From positions 1 to 64,000 of IMG/VR virus record IMGVR_UViG_3300033074_001499: DNA of 64,000 nt. One strand, written 5' to 3'. Below the pieces are notes generated by a model. The model ran no database searches, had not been told where the DNA came from, and was given only the letters and a program-made list of their open reading frames with translations. The DNA comes from a virus. Taxonomy: Duplodnaviria > Caudoviricetes. This document shows, one piece after another, positions 62,101 through 64,000 of the stretch (positions within the stretch are counted from its first letter, which is position 1; every line of letters starts with the position of its first letter). The position numbers and the translations under genes are program-made.

Positions 62101-63988
62101 TTCTAGGTAAATCGTAGGATGATCTTCATCAATTCTTTTAATGATTTCAATTACAGGTTGTGAAATTTTCATGCAACACCATCCACAAACATTCTAATTA
62201 AAATATTATCTACAGCTTTCAAAATATTATGTCTAGTTTCAAAATCTTCTACATCAAACGCGAGCTGTGTAATTTCATTTAGCATTGGACGAAATTCTCC
62301 GAACACAGCCTCAGCCATAGATTTTCTTGTTTGATATTTCACCATCCCCAGCATTTCTTTATCGTGTTGAGTGACGATTACTTTCTGAGAAAGAGCTACA
62401 CTAATATCATAGCTGATGTTATATGAAGATGGATTCTGAGGATAGCGTTGCTCAGTCCAACTATCTTTGACATTCACGAATTTAGACAACACAGGTACAT
62501 AATATCGATTTTCATCTTGTTTAGCTTGTACGAGACGAATTAGTTCACTCATTTACAATACACTCCCATAACACGTTGACGTTCTTTAGTTTGTTCAATT
62601 TTAGATTTAGCTTCACTTTTCTTTTTACGTCTATCTTCCACTCTTGCAATTCTTTCTGCAAGAACTTTCATTCTTTTATTCACTTCTGAAATTACATATT
62701 CCTTTTCTTCTTCAGTCATCCATGTTGGAAGAGGACTGTCATTTTTAAATGATAAGGGCATAGGTTGAGCAAATTTACCAAATTCACTACACCAGTAAGT
62801 TCGTGCTACAAGCAAAAAACATTTTTCCCCTGTTTCATTATCAGTAAAATGAAATGCATAAGAACCCCACACACCACTTTCATGCCATTTCATACTCCAT
62901 CTTCCTTTTTCATCAAAAGTTTTTACAATTGAATAAACAGGCTCTGAGATATTGGCAGGCGGTGGGTTCTTTGATTTAAACCAATTAAACATCGTCAATC
63001 CCCATTTTATAAATTTCTGTTAGTCGAATACGTTCTTTCTGATTGTTTCTCTTTGTACGAACATCTTTTAAATATTTTAAACGCTCAACTCTCTCTTTTA
63101 CAATCTTCTCCACTTCTTCTACCAGATACGCAAGCTCATCTTCAGTAGCCCACAGCAAATTTTTAGTGTTGACACGGTACTTGGTGGAATGACTGAATTC
63201 ATATGCATCAACTTCATATTTTTCTTGTGAAACTAAATCCAAAAGTTCCAATCGAACACGGGTATATGTACCACGATCTTCTTCAGGATAACTTCTTTCA
63301 GTCTTAAATCGCCTTGGAGTTTGTTTAAAGCATTTAAGAAATGAAATAACAGGCTCAGAAATATGCTCATTGAAAACTGGTTCTTTAATCGGCTCTTGTT
63401 TTGATATAAAATCCCTAGCATCTCGTTCTGTTTTAAATCCCGATTTGTATAGATTATAATCTACAGTAAATATGTGTTTATTATCCCTTGTCCTCTCTTC
63501 TTTATAACATTTCACATAAACATCGTAGATAGTGTTTTTAAAGATAAATCCTTTCACAGCTTCTCGAATTGTATAATCAAGCAGGCCGTTCATTTCTTCC
63601 ACCTCCAAAGATCATTCATTTCTTTAAAAACTGGCTGCATAATTTCTTGTGCAAGCTGTTCACACAGATTTTTGTACACTTTATCAAGATGTTCTTTCTT
63701 ATCCTCCAATAAATTATCAAGTTTTGTTTTCACTTGATATTCTTTACCATTCAAAACAAACTTGACAATGTAAACTGTCTCATAGTTTACAGGATTTTCA
63801 AAAGCAATACAAGCAGCACTGAGTGTATTATTGGTTGTGGAGACACTTCCTACAATACTTTTTAAAGATTTCTCCCTCATTTCTTCCAAAAGCTTCAAAC
63901 TTTCATCTGTTGGAGCACGTTTTTCTGTAATATTCACATTTTTAGTAATTTCACGAGTAATATGCTGGTCATAATAAGTATCAAACAT
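59174..63988 (-). other. Array of ~17 small to medium hypothetical CDS on the right arm
   Basis: Closely packed minus-strand ORFs in the track; no recognisable catalytic motifs. Confidence 0.6.
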
Positions 63989-64000
63989 TAATATTTTCTC

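Noticed and set aside
211-63737. Antisense and overlapping shadow ORFs in the supplied track (e.g. 637-1047, 17132-17461, 37003-37251, 58924-59253)
   Set aside because: They lie opposite well-supported genes and lack SD sequences and recognisable motifs
1-64000. CRISPR array, integrase, IS transposase or rRNA
   Set aside because: No regularly spaced repeat-spacer array or corresponding protein or RNA motifs were found

Overview
A 64-kb AT-rich segment of a lytic myovirus. Gene content and order resemble PAK_P1/KPP10/phiPsa374-like phages, and several modules suggest a Pseudomonas-type host; both are inferences from memory of these families, not database searches. Layout: + strand virion and lysis module (1-20220); - strand nucleotide-metabolism and replication module (20311-43145: nrdAB, thyX, NTP-PPase, exonuclease, SSB-like protein, family A DNA polymerase, primase-helicase, nucleotidyltransferase, two free-standing HNH endonucleases); + strand early region of small ORFs, sigma70 promoters and tRNA genes (43663-57619); a ~1-kb non-coding palindrome-rich gap; then - strand small ORFs. 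No integrase or CRISPR array was seen. Best observations: (1) an ORF-less 266-nt group I intron splitting the tape measure gene (7350-7615); (2) an HNH homing endonuclease flanked by two recoded copies of the host gene's C-terminus, the downstream copy with its own SD and ATG; (3) two aberrant tRNA-like RNAs, one lacking a D-arm and one with an extended anticodon arm; (4) a ~360-nt structured non-coding region at the divergent promoter junction; (5) an HTH gene followed by GTGCAC palindromes and an AT-rich hairpin array (candidate origin or genome end); (6) a -1 frameshift signal in the tail chaperone and a T4 gene-32-like leader on the SSB gene.
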